Positions 20,855 to 29,795 of a DNA stretch of 32,000 nucleotides are shown piece by piece. Positions within the stretch are counted from its first letter, which is position 1. Each line of letters opens with the position of its first letter. The DNA lies in assembly GCF_000012545.1 (NCBI RefSeq), contig NC_007681.1, forward strand, positions 1,530,001 through 1,562,000. Reading direction: 5' to 3'. The translations under genes were made by a program, and so were the position numbers. This DNA is from Methanosphaera stadtmanae DSM 3091 (GTDB lineage: Archaea > Methanobacteriota > Methanobacteria > Methanobacteriales > Methanobacteriaceae). The notes under the pieces were generated by a model. It saw only the letters and a program-made list of their open reading frames with translations. It made no database searches and was not told the origin of the DNA.

Positions 20855-20919
20855 TTTCCCCCCTTATAGTATTCCCATTTAAAATCCTAAAAAAGAGAAA
20901 TAAAAGAATAATACTCTTT

Positions 20920-20951
20920 AAAAAAATTATATAAAAATTATTAATTTTTAT
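20920..20951 (-). terminator. Putative pgk terminator: 10-bp all-A/T palindrome enclosing the stop codon, then T7
   Basis: ataaaaatta (20931-20940) pairs with taatttttat (20942-20951). The stop TAA (20941-20943) is at the centre. On the minus strand, ataa and then T7 follow (plus-strand A7 at 20920-20926). Confidence 0.45.
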
Positions 20952-22170
20952 TTCGTTTAGCAGAGTCAACTAAAGCTTTTACAGCAGGTAATTCTTCACC
21001 AGCAATTAGATTTATACTTGCTCCTCCACCACTACTAATATGTGTAATATCATCATCTAAATCCATATTACTTGCAGCAGCAGCAAGATGACCCCCACCA
21101 ATAATTGAAAATCCTTCTGATTTAGCCATAGTATTTAATAAATCTTCAGTTCCTAAATTAAAGCCTTCTTTTTCAAATACTCCTGCAGGACCATTGGCAA
21201 ATAATGTTTTTGCTTCCAAAATTTTTTCCTTATAAATTTCAATAGTTTTACTACCAATATCATAGATTGGTAAATTTGGAATTTCATCAACAGAATATTC
21301 CACACGTTTATCATTTTCAAGAATTGCTAAATCAACAGGTAATATTATTTTATCAGAATAGTCTTTTAACAATTCTTTTGCAAAATCAATATAATCTTCA
21401 TAACCCCTTTGAACTATAAAATCATAATTATATTCTTTTAAATCAACACCACTTGCTACAAGGAAAATATTTGCTACAAGACCAGTTGTTAATATAAAAT
21501 CTGCTCTATTAGTTCTTAGTGCATTAGCCATAACATTTATAGAATCATCAGCTTTAATACCTCCAAGTACATAAACTCGTGGTTGTTGTGCATTATCTAA
21601 TATCCCATACAATGTTTTTAATTCTAATTCCATAACTCTTCCAGCAAGGGATGGTAATACTTTTGAAAAACCAATAAGTGAAGTTTGAGATCTGTGTGCT
21701 GTAGCAAAAGCATCATTAACAAAGTAATCAGCCAGAGGAGTTAATGTTTTAACCATGTATGTGTTTGCTTGTTCTTCTGGTGTTAATTTAGGCATTTCTT
21801 CTGAATAAAATCGAACATTTTCTAATAGAACTATTTCACCATTAACCATGTTTGATATGATATTTTGAGCTTCTCTAGAAAATATAGAGTCAACATATGT
21901 AACATCTTTTCCAATAATATTAGACAATGATCTGGCATGTTGTTTAAGAGTAGTGAAATCTGATTTACCTGGCCTACTTTGATGTGCTATTATTACAACA
22001 CGAGCATCCCTATCTGACAATTCAGAAATAGTACTTGAATGTAATCTCATTCTAGTATCGTCTAATAATTCACCATCTATAGGATCTACTGGTGAATTAA
22101 CATCTACCCTAAGTAATACTGTTTTTCCTTCAAAATCAAAATCATCCATTGTATTAAAATCATAATCCAT
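20941..22170 (-). CDS. pgk: Phosphoglycerate kinase
   Basis: 409 aa with N-terminal GKTVLLRVDVNSP, FVNDAFATAHR and C-terminal ISSGGGAS blocks. Confidence 0.95.
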   Translation of the reverse strand: MDYDFNTMDDFDFEGKTVLLRVDVNSPVDPIDGELLDDTRMRLHSSTISELSDRDARVVIIAHQSRPGKSDFTTLKQHARSLSNIIGKDVTYVDSIFSREAQNIISNMVNGEIVLLENVRFYSEEMPKLTPEEQANTYMVKTLTPLADYFVNDAFATAHRSQTSLIGFSKVLPSLAGRVMELELKTLYGILDNAQQPRVYVLGGIKADDSINVMANALRTNRADFILTTGLVANIFLVASGVDLKEYNYDFIVQRGYEDYIDFAKELLKDYSDKIILPVDLAILENDKRVEYSVDEIPNLPIYDIGSKTIEIYKEKILEAKTLFANGPAGVFEKEGFNLGTEDLLNTMAKSEGFSIIGGGHLAAAASNMDLDDDITHISSGGGASINLIAGEELPAVKALVDSAKRNKN

Positions 22171-22204
22171 AACTAATACCCCTTAATTACTTCTAAAAAA
22201 AATA

Positions 22205-22882
22205 TTAAATTAAACTAACTAAATCAATTAGAGCTTCTTTTTGATTTTCTGCTTTAATAATACCAGAAGCTAGTAGAACTCCTTGAGCACCAAGATCTAA
22301 TGCTGCTTTCATATCTTCTCCCGTAGATATTCCAGCACCACATAATACTGATATATTCTTGTTAATTTTATGAATTTCTTCAACTGTATTTTCAACTACT
22401 TCAGGACTAGCTTGAGAGACAGGAATACCAGTACCAATTAATTCAGGTGGTTCAATTGCAATGAAATCTGGATTAAATGATGCACAGGCAGCACTTGTTT
22501 TAACATTATTAGTACATAATACACTAGTTAAATCTAGTTGTCTTGTTTTTTCAACAACAACATCAATATCAGCCAAAGTTAATCTTTTCTCTGAATGATT
22601 AATTAAACTACCCTCTATACCAGTTTCATATAAAGCTTCAGGTAAAGCTGAACCTGTATGTCCTCCAGGAGTTATAGCATCCATGTGTTGAGCATAAACA
22701 GGAATATCCACAGATTCAATAATTGGATATAAATCAACTGCTTGTGGAGCAATTGCCATATTTATACCTGTTTCATCACTTGCTTCTTGAACATACTGTG
22801 ATAATTTTACTGCATTTTTACCTGTTGATTCTGTATATGTTTTATAATTAAGTATTATTATTGGTGTCTTATTCTTACTCAT
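22205..22882 (-). CDS. tpiA: Triosephosphate isomerase (short archaeal type)
   Basis: 225 aa containing LINHSEKR, AIEPPELIGTG and LCGAGIS. It lies 34 nt upstream of pgk, so is probably co-transcribed. Confidence 0.92.
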   Translation of the reverse strand: MSKNKTPIIILNYKTYTESTGKNAVKLSQYVQEASDETGINMAIAPQAVDLYPIIESVDIPVYAQHMDAITPGGHTGSALPEALYETGIEGSLINHSEKRLTLADIDVVVEKTRQLDLTSVLCTNNVKTSAACASFNPDFIAIEPPELIGTGIPVSQASPEVVENTVEEIHKINKNISVLCGAGISTGEDMKAALDLGAQGVLLASGIIKAENQKEALIDLVSLI

Positions 22883-23062
22883 AAAAATTACCTACTAAAA
22901 TAGATTTCTTATAAAAAAAAATCTAGTCATCTAATAATATTTATTATTCTAATTATTATTATAGATAGTTAAGAATCATTATAAATTCATAATATGAAAA
23001 TAAATACAACACATTAATATAAATTAAATTTTTTAAGACACAAAAAACATAAGATTATATTA

Positions 23063-24010
23063 ATGATAATTTCACAAACAAAACAAAAAGATTTAGAAAA
23101 GAAAGGATATAGATTTGCAGGAAAAAATATTCATGCTGCAAATAAGATATGTCACTGGACAAGAAAAAGTATAGTAGATGAAGGAACATGTTATAAAGAA
23201 CAATTCTATGGTATAAAAAGTCATAGATGTCTTCAAATGTCTCCAGCAATTGCATACTGCCAACATAAATGTTTATTCTGTTGGAGAGATACAGATATTA
23301 CAAAAACATCATGGGATAGTGATGACTATGATGATCCAAAAACAATAATTGAAGACTGTATTGAAAACCAGAAGAAATTACTATGTGGATTTTTTGGAAA
23401 TGAAAATGCCAATCCAGAAAAATTAGAAGAATGTGTAAAACCAAATAATGCTGCATTAAGTCTTGCAGGTGAACCATTACTTTATCCTGAAATTAATCAA
23501 TTAATAGAAGAATTCCATAAACAGAATTTTACAACATTCCTTGTAAGTAATGGTGAAAATCCAGATAAAATAGAAGCTCTTGGAAAACATGAACCAACAC
23601 AACTATATATTTCATTAGATGCACCAAATAAGGAGATATATAAAAAGGTATGTAAACCACAAGTATCTAATGGATGGGAAAAATTACAAGAAAGTCTTGA
23701 ACTTCTCTCAACAATTGATACAAGAAAAGTTCTTAGAATAACATCAGTAAAAGATTTGAATATGATACATACAGAGGAATATGCAAAGATTATTGAAAAG
23801 GCAGATGTTGATTACGTTGAAATAAAAGCATATATGTTTGTAGGTGATTCAAGAAATAGACTTCAATGGGAAAATATGCCAAAAACTGTGGATATTCAGG
23901 AATTTGCACAATCCATCGCCGAAAAAACAAGTATGGATATTATTGATGAAGTTGAAAAAAGTAGAGTACTTCTACTTGGTGAGAAAAAACCAGGAAAGTA
24001 TAATAACTAA
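23063..24010 (+). CDS. taw1: Radical-SAM tRNA 4-demethylwyosine synthase (TYW1/Taw1)
   Basis: 315 aa with the radical-SAM cluster motif CQHKCLFCWR (CxxxCxxC) and upstream auxiliary cysteines (CHW...CYK...RCLQ). Length matches archaeal Taw1. Confidence 0.85.
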   Translation: MIISQTKQKDLEKKGYRFAGKNIHAANKICHWTRKSIVDEGTCYKEQFYGIKSHRCLQMSPAIAYCQHKCLFCWRDTDITKTSWDSDDYDDPKTIIEDCIENQKKLLCGFFGNENANPEKLEECVKPNNAALSLAGEPLLYPEINQLIEEFHKQNFTTFLVSNGENPDKIEALGKHEPTQLYISLDAPNKEIYKKVCKPQVSNGWEKLQESLELLSTIDTRKVLRITSVKDLNMIHTEEYAKIIEKADVDYVEIKAYMFVGDSRNRLQWENMPKTVDIQEFAQSIAEKTSMDIIDEVEKSRVLLLGEKKPGKYNN

Positions 24011-24045
24011 AAAATAAATTATTATACTAAAGAGGTGAATAAAAT

Positions 24046-24942
24046 ATGTGGGGAAAAATCATAGGAATTATACTCATTATTTTTATAATAGGTGGTTTTG
24101 TTGTACCAGTAGGTCCAATAGGACAAACTGCAGATTCATCTATTGCTGTAACATATGGAGAAACAACCTATGCTAACCAAGATTATAAAGATATAGTAAA
24201 TCAATACTTCAAAGATAATGGATATAATAACTTAGATAATGCAAATAAAACTATAATAACTGCAAATGATGTAAATGCAATATCACAAGATATAAGTCAT
24301 AAAACATACAATTCAAATCAAATACTTTCATCAGCTCTAGTTGATTTAAACTCAAATAACGATATAAAAGTAGATGTGGATAAATCTAAAATTACAACAG
24401 TAACAGAAAGTATGTATAAAACTGCATTAAATTCATCTGGTATTACAAAAGGACATGTTATTGTAACTTCTCCAACAACTGCAACTGGAGAATCAGCACT
24501 TGCAGGAATTCTTAAATCATATGAAGTTGCAACAGGAAAAGAAATACCAAATGATGTGAAAGAAGCAGCAAATAATGAAATATACACACAAAGTGAAGTA
24601 GTAAATAATACAAATATAAGTGCAGATGATGTGGCAAATGTTGTATCACAAGCAAAAGAGGAAGCAGCAAAACAAAATACCACAGACACACAGACCATTA
24701 TAAACATTGTAAATAACATTGCAAGTAACAACAATATAAATATAACAAGTACAGATGCAAGTAATCTAGCAGATAGTATATCACAAAGTCAGTCAGTACA
24801 AGATAAGGCAAATCAATATCAAAATCAAGTAACTGATTATGTAAATTCTGAAGGAGCACAAACATTATTTAGCCAAATATGGAACATGATCCAATCTATG
24901 TTAAATGGAAATACTGGAAGTACAACAAATACTTCCAATTAA
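24046..24942 (+). CDS. Membrane-anchored/exported DUF1002-like protein with low-complexity N/S/T/Q-rich tail
   Basis: N-terminal hydrophobic helix IIGIILIIFIIGGFVV. The central block ITTVTESMYKTALNSSGITKGHVIVTSPTTATGESALAGILKSYE resembles the DUF1002 core as I recall it. GAGGTGA Shine-Dalgarno. Confidence 0.7.
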   Translation: MWGKIIGIILIIFIIGGFVVPVGPIGQTADSSIAVTYGETTYANQDYKDIVNQYFKDNGYNNLDNANKTIITANDVNAISQDISHKTYNSNQILSSALVDLNSNNDIKVDVDKSKITTVTESMYKTALNSSGITKGHVIVTSPTTATGESALAGILKSYEVATGKEIPNDVKEAANNEIYTQSEVVNNTNISADDVANVVSQAKEEAAKQNTTDTQTIINIVNNIASNNNINITSTDASNLADSISQSQSVQDKANQYQNQVTDYVNSEGAQTLFSQIWNMIQSMLNGNTGSTTNTSN

Positions 24943-24945
24943 TAC

Positions 24946-24953
24946 TTTTTTTT
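24946..24953 (+). terminator. T8 run after the DUF1002-like gene
   Basis: T8 begins 4 nt after the TAA stop. Confidence 0.4.
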
Positions 24954-25114
24954 ATTATCTATTCACATAAAACAATTCCATTTAGAACAAGAATTTAATT
25001 ATTAAAATAATAGTTTTTATATAACTATCAAAAAATATTCAAGACTACTTCTATTAAATAAACCCACCTTTTTTATACCAACAAATAATTAAGTATGTAA
25101 TAGGTGTATTAACT

Positions 25115-25885
25115 ATGATAATCTATTTTTCAGCAACAGGAAACTCTCAATATGTCTCTAAAAAAATAGCAAAAGAAATAAATGAAAAAACATATTCAAT
25201 AATAGAAAATAAAAATACACGAAAATACCATATACATATAGAAAAAGATGAAACCCTAGGTGTTGTTATTCCAACATACTTCTGGGGACTACCAACAATT
25301 GTAGAGGAATATCTCTCTAAACTAACTATTACATCAGAAAATAAAAATCCATACATCTACATAATAACAACATATGGTACAACCCCTGGATACTCTGCAG
25401 GATATGTCAAAGAACACCTAAATATATGTGGATATAAAGTAAATCTACAGGCAAGTATTAAAATGGTAGATACATGGACTGTTATGTTTGATTTAACTGG
25501 TAAAGAAAAAATAAAACAACAAACAATAGAATCAGACAAAGAAATAGATACAATCATAACACGAATTAAAAATAGAAATCAGGGAAAATATGTTGCAAGA
25601 AAAATACCTAAATTCATATCTAACATGGCACAACTATGGTATGATAGAAGTAGAAAAACAAAAAATTTACACATAACAAAAACATGCACTGGATGTAAAA
25701 AATGTATAAATAACTGTCCAATAAATGCCATAAGACTAGTTAATAACAAACCCTCTTGGCAAAAAGAATACTGTGTAATGTGTCTTAGATGTCTACATAT
25801 ATGTCCAACATTTTCAATACAATACAACAATAAGACACAAAAACATGGACAATATATAAATCCATACATTAAAAAATTAGATTAA
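25115..25885 (+). CDS. Flavodoxin-like domain fused to a 2x[4Fe-4S] ferredoxin domain (EFR1-type)
   Basis: N-terminus MIIYFSATGNSQYV matches the flavodoxin phosphate-loop pattern S/T-x-T-G-x-S/T. The C-terminus has CTGCKKCINNCP and CVMCLRCLHICP cluster motifs. AGGTG Shine-Dalgarno. Confidence 0.75.
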   Translation: MIIYFSATGNSQYVSKKIAKEINEKTYSIIENKNTRKYHIHIEKDETLGVVIPTYFWGLPTIVEEYLSKLTITSENKNPYIYIITTYGTTPGYSAGYVKEHLNICGYKVNLQASIKMVDTWTVMFDLTGKEKIKQQTIESDKEIDTIITRIKNRNQGKYVARKIPKFISNMAQLWYDRSRKTKNLHITKTCTGCKKCINNCPINAIRLVNNKPSWQKEYCVMCLRCLHICPTFSIQYNNKTQKHGQYINPYIKKLD

Positions 25886-25916
25886 AAAAAAGTTTTAGTG
25901 AATAAACTCTATTCAC
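25884..25916 (-). terminator. Putative sucC terminator: 7-bp hairpin overlapping the stop codon, then T8
   Basis: gtgaata (25898-25904) pairs with tattcac (25910-25916). The sucC TAG stop (25909-25911) is at the stem edge. On the minus strand T8 follows 6 nt later (plus-strand A8 at 25884-25891). The element is shared with the convergent plus-strand gene. Confidence 0.45.
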
Positions 25917-27024
25917 CATGTAACTTTGCAACAGCAATTTGAGCTGCTCTCTCCATTGATGTTTCAAATGGAATATTATGTTCTGTTAATATTTTTTGAC
26001 CTTCTTCTTCATTAGTTCCAGTTAATCTAATTACAACAGGTATGTCAGATTCATGTTCTTTAGTTACATTAACAACAGCATTTGCAACATCATCAGCACG
26101 AGTTATTCCACCTAAAACATTTAGGAAAATAACTTTAACTTTTGGATTTTTAAGTACTAATCTTAAAGCTCTTGTAATAACTTCTTCTGATGCTCCTCCA
26201 CCAACATCAAGAAATGTTGCTGGTTTTTCACCATAATATTGAATTAAATCCATACCAGTTAATGTTAATCCTGCACCATTACCAATTACTGCTATGTTAC
26301 CATCGAGTTTTATATATGCAAGATCATCTGAGTCATCTTCATGTTCTAAATCAAATTGTTTTAATTTTTTATGTCTAAAGAATGCATCATCATCTATTGC
26401 CATTTTTGCATCTGCTGCAATAAATCCATCAGGTGTTTTTATTAATGGATTTATTTCTGCTACTGTTGCATCATAATCATTGAATGCTTGATATAATTTC
26501 CATATAAAGTTACCTACAGCAGATACTTCATTTGTATCAACACCCATTTTAAATGCAATGTTACGTGCTTGATATGGCATGAATTCTTCTAATGGTTCAA
26601 CATATTGTTTTACAATTTTTTCAGGTGATTCCTTTGCTACTTGTTCAATATCCATTCCACCAGCCATACTTGCCATAATTAATGGTTTTTTAGCATCCCT
26701 ATCAAGAATAATAGACAAGTAGTATTCACTTATTTTATTTTCTACCTTTTCTTCAATGAGAACTTGAGTAACTTTTTCATCTTTAATTGTTTTTGTAAAT
26801 AATTCTTTAGTTCTTTGTGCTGCTTCTTCTGGAGTATCTGCAAATAGAATTCCACCAGCTTTTCCACGACCACCAGATAGTACTTGTGATTTTACTGCAA
26901 CAGGTTTACCTATTAATTTTGTTTTTTCTGCTGCTTCTTCTGGTGAGCTTGCCAAATAACTTTCTGGTATCTTAATATTTGATACTCTAAAAATCTTCTT
27001 TGCTACGTATTCATGTATATTCAT
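25909..27024 (-). CDS. sucC: Succinyl-CoA synthetase beta subunit (ATP-grasp)
   Basis: 371 aa with MNIHEYVAKKIF, VKSQVLSGGRGKAGGI and INPL...DAKM..DDA. It starts 10 nt after korC. Confidence 0.93.
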   Translation of the reverse strand: MNIHEYVAKKIFRVSNIKIPESYLASSPEEAAEKTKLIGKPVAVKSQVLSGGRGKAGGILFADTPEEAAQRTKELFTKTIKDEKVTQVLIEEKVENKISEYYLSIILDRDAKKPLIMASMAGGMDIEQVAKESPEKIVKQYVEPLEEFMPYQARNIAFKMGVDTNEVSAVGNFIWKLYQAFNDYDATVAEINPLIKTPDGFIAADAKMAIDDDAFFRHKKLKQFDLEHEDDSDDLAYIKLDGNIAVIGNGAGLTLTGMDLIQYYGEKPATFLDVGGGASEEVITRALRLVLKNPKVKVIFLNVLGGITRADDVANAVVNVTKEHESDIPVVIRLTGTNEEEGQKILTEHNIPFETSMERAAQIAVAKLHGE

Positions 27025-27034
27025 AATTCCACCA

Positions 27035-27589
27035 TTATTCTATCTTAACAGTATTCATTCCTTCTTCAAATGCCTTCATATTCATATCTTCAGTTCCTTT
27101 AGGTACACTTGAAAGTATTGCTTGTTTTGCTGCATCCTGACTTATTACTCCAGTTGCTTTAACAAAGGAGCCTAACATCACTATGTTTGCCACAATTTTT
27201 CTACCAATTACTTTTTCAGCTGTTCTTGTTGCTTGTGATTTGTATACTTTAAGATTCTTACTTTTAACTATATCATTTATTTCTTCGTCATATACTAAGT
27301 CTGGATCAATTATTAGTGTTGCATTTTCTTGTATATCATCAATATATTTTAGTAATGATTCATGAGACATTGCAACAAATATTTCAGGACTTTCCACTTT
27401 TGGATAATCTATTTCATCATCACTTATTACAACTTCTGTACGGGAAGCTCCTCCCCTTGCTTCTGGACCATAGGATTGTGTTTGTACAGCATATATATGA
27501 TCAAATAAAGATGCAGCTTTTGCTATTACTATTCCACACATTAATATTCCCTGTCCACCAAAACCTGCTATACGTATTTCTGTCCTCAT
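27035..27589 (-). CDS. korC: 2-oxoglutarate:ferredoxin oxidoreductase gamma subunit
   Basis: 184 aa with GFGGQGILMCG and PEARGGASR, the 2-oxoacid:ferredoxin oxidoreductase gamma family. 2-oxoglutarate specificity is inferred from the delta-alpha-beta-gamma order and sucC linkage. Confidence 0.8.
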   Translation of the reverse strand: MRTEIRIAGFGGQGILMCGIVIAKAASLFDHIYAVQTQSYGPEARGGASRTEVVISDDEIDYPKVESPEIFVAMSHESLLKYIDDIQENATLIIDPDLVYDEEINDIVKSKNLKVYKSQATRTAEKVIGRKIVANIVMLGSFVKATGVISQDAAKQAILSSVPKGTEDMNMKAFEEGMNTVKIE

Positions 27590-27591
27590 AC

Positions 27592-28461
27592 TTAATCACT
27601 CATATATGCTTTGTTAATATTATCATCAGGATCAATTTCTGAATGTTTTCTAATTACTTCTTCTGAAGAAGTTATAAATTCTTTTCTTGGTTTATTTACA
27701 TAAACACCTGTGATAATTTTACCTTTTAATTCATCTTCTGTCATATTCCTAGATTGTTCCAGTGTTATTGTATTTTCTTTAAACCAGTGAATCATTTCAA
27801 CAGGTGTTCTTATTTTGTTTTTTCGTCCATAATATGTTGGACATTGAGATATTACTTCAATAAATGAAAATCCTTTATTTTCTAATCCATCTTTTATGCT
27901 TTGAGCCACTTGCATTGGTTGGGCTGTAGTGTACTTTGCAACATATGATGCACCTGCTGCCTTTGCAACTTCTGCTATGTTAAATGGCATGTCAGTAGAA
28001 CCATATGGTGCTGTTGTTGCAAAACTTCCTTCAGGACTAGTTGGACTTATTTGTCCACCAGTCATTCCATAGATATCATTGTTTATGCATATTACAGTTA
28101 AATCTATATTTCTACGTGCTGCATGAATTAAATGATTTCCACCAATAGATGTTGCATCACCATCACCTGTAACTACTACAACATCTCTTTTTGGATTAGC
28201 AATTTTTAGTCCTGTTGCAAATGCTATTGCTCTTCCATGAGTTGTATGTAGAGAATCACATTTTACATATCCTGGTATTCTTGATGAACATCCTATACCT
28301 GAAACCATATTTAAATCATCAAATGATTTATCTGATAATTCCATTCCTTTAAATATTGTATTTAGTACTATACCATTTCCACAACCAGGACAGAATATAT
28401 GTGGTAATCTTTCTTCTCGTAAATATTTCATGTATTCATGAGGGTGTTTAGAGTCAGCCAT
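27592..28461 (-). CDS. korB: 2-oxoglutarate:ferredoxin oxidoreductase beta subunit (TPP-binding)
   Basis: 289 aa with CPGCG, a GDGD...GGNH TPP motif and NNDIYGMTGGQ. Confidence 0.85.
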   Translation of the reverse strand: MADSKHPHEYMKYLREERLPHIFCPGCGNGIVLNTIFKGMELSDKSFDDLNMVSGIGCSSRIPGYVKCDSLHTTHGRAIAFATGLKIANPKRDVVVVTGDGDATSIGGNHLIHAARRNIDLTVICINNDIYGMTGGQISPTSPEGSFATTAPYGSTDMPFNIAEVAKAAGASYVAKYTTAQPMQVAQSIKDGLENKGFSFIEVISQCPTYYGRKNKIRTPVEMIHWFKENTITLEQSRNMTEDELKGKIITGVYVNKPRKEFITSSEEVIRKHSEIDPDDNINKAYMSD

Positions 28462-28465
28462 TATT

Positions 28466-29593
28466 TTATTCCTCCATGATTTTATCTAATATTTCCTTTG
28501 GAGTATGTAATGCTCCACCTATTTTAGATAATAATTCAACATTTGCATGTTTTCCAAGTACTCTATCTACTTCAAGATATACTTGTCCTAGATTTAGTTC
28601 TGGTACAATTATCCTTTTAGCATTTTGTGTTAATTTAAGTAGTTGTTCTTCTGGAAATGGCCATACTACTCCAAGTTTTATGTATCCTACTTTCAAGTCC
28701 CTTTCTCTTGCTTGTTTTACTGCTGTTAGTGCAGATCTTGAAGGTATTCCATAGGATAATACTACTGTATCTGCATCTTCCATGTATTCAGATTCAATTT
28801 GTGATATTTCATTTCTATTTTTTAGTATTTTATCACATAATCTTGTTACTAGTTGTGTGTGAACATCAGCATCATCTGTATTTGGATATCCTCTTTCATC
28901 ATGAGTTAGACCTGTTACATGTATGTTAAATCCTTCACCAAATGAGGGCATTGGTGTTGTTTGTGCAGATTTAGCATTGTATGGTAGGTATGTATCATCT
29001 GTTTTTTCTGGCATTGTTCTTGGTATAATTTCAACTTTTTCAGGTACTGTTATTTTTTCCCTCATATGTCCAACAATTTCATCAGCCATTACAAATACTG
29101 GGCATCTGTATTTTTCTGCTAAATTAAATGCTTTAACAGTATAATCAAAACATTCTTGTACTGATGATGGTGCTAATGATATTGTTTCATAATCTCCATG
29201 GGATCCCCATCTTGTTTGCATCATATCTGCTTGAGCAGATCTTGTAGGTTGACCTGTTGATGGTGAACCTCTTTGCATGTTAATTATTACTATTGGTGTT
29301 TCTGTCATTGTAGCATATCCAATATTTTCTTGCATGAGAGATATACCCGGACCACTTGTTGCTGTAACAACTTTTTGTCCCCCCCATGAAGCCCCTATAA
29401 TTGCACCTATAGCAGATATTTCATCTTCCATTTGAACAAAATGGCCACCTACTGTAGGTAATTTTTTAGACATTATTTCAGCAATTTCTGTGGATGGTGT
29501 AATAGGGTAACCTGCAAAAAATCTACATCCTGCAGCTAATGCTCCAAGTGCACAGGCTTCATTTCCTTGTACAAAATATTCTTTATCTGCCAT
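28466..29593 (-). CDS. korA: 2-oxoglutarate:ferredoxin oxidoreductase alpha subunit
   Basis: Contains FVQGNEACALGALAAGCRFFAGYPITPSTEI. The track start (29605) lies inside korD. ATG 29591-29593 is 1 nt after the korD stop and gives MADKEYFVQGNEA. Confidence 0.85.
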   Translation of the reverse strand: MADKEYFVQGNEACALGALAAGCRFFAGYPITPSTEIAEIMSKKLPTVGGHFVQMEDEISAIGAIIGASWGGQKVVTATSGPGISLMQENIGYATMTETPIVIINMQRGSPSTGQPTRSAQADMMQTRWGSHGDYETISLAPSSVQECFDYTVKAFNLAEKYRCPVFVMADEIVGHMREKITVPEKVEIIPRTMPEKTDDTYLPYNAKSAQTTPMPSFGEGFNIHVTGLTHDERGYPNTDDADVHTQLVTRLCDKILKNRNEISQIESEYMEDADTVVLSYGIPSRSALTAVKQARERDLKVGYIKLGVVWPFPEEQLLKLTQNAKRIIVPELNLGQVYLEVDRVLGKHANVELLSKIGGALHTPKEILDKIMEE

Positions 29594-29594
29594 T

Positions 29595-29795
29595 TTAATC
29601 ATCATCCTCTATTGAAATTACTTGATCAGGACACATTAATGCACATAAGTTACATTTTATGCATTTTTCATTGTCTGGAATAGGTATATGTACACCTTTA
29701 TGATTTAGTGTTTCAGATGGGGTATACACATCCATTGGACAAATGTCAACACAAATATAGCATCCTTTACACAATTCTTCATTTATGTATAACAT
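29595..29795 (-). CDS. korD: 2-oxoglutarate:ferredoxin oxidoreductase delta subunit (2x[4Fe-4S] ferredoxin)
   Basis: 66 aa with CKGCYICVDICP and CIKCNLCALMCP. Confidence 0.85.
   Translation of the reverse strand: MLYINEELCKGCYICVDICPMDVYTPSETLNHKGVHIPIPDNEKCIKCNLCALMCPDQVISIEDDD

Noticed and set aside
23055-23255. Minus-strand 66-aa ORF overlapping the taw1 start
   Set aside because: It is antisense to a well-supported radical-SAM gene, and the hydrophobic low-complexity product is typical of AT-rich antisense frames.
24318-25869. Minus-strand ORFs 24318-24734, 25147-25356, 25357-25557 and 25579-25869
   Set aside because: They are antisense to the DUF1002-like and flavodoxin/ferredoxin genes. 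No RBS and no motifs.
26042-29144. Plus-strand ORFs inside sucC/korC/korB/korA (26042-26236, 26190-26378, 26294-26476, 27183-27365, 27316-27642, 28476-28754, 28657-28929, 28923-29144)
   Set aside because: They are antisense shadows of conserved metabolic genes.
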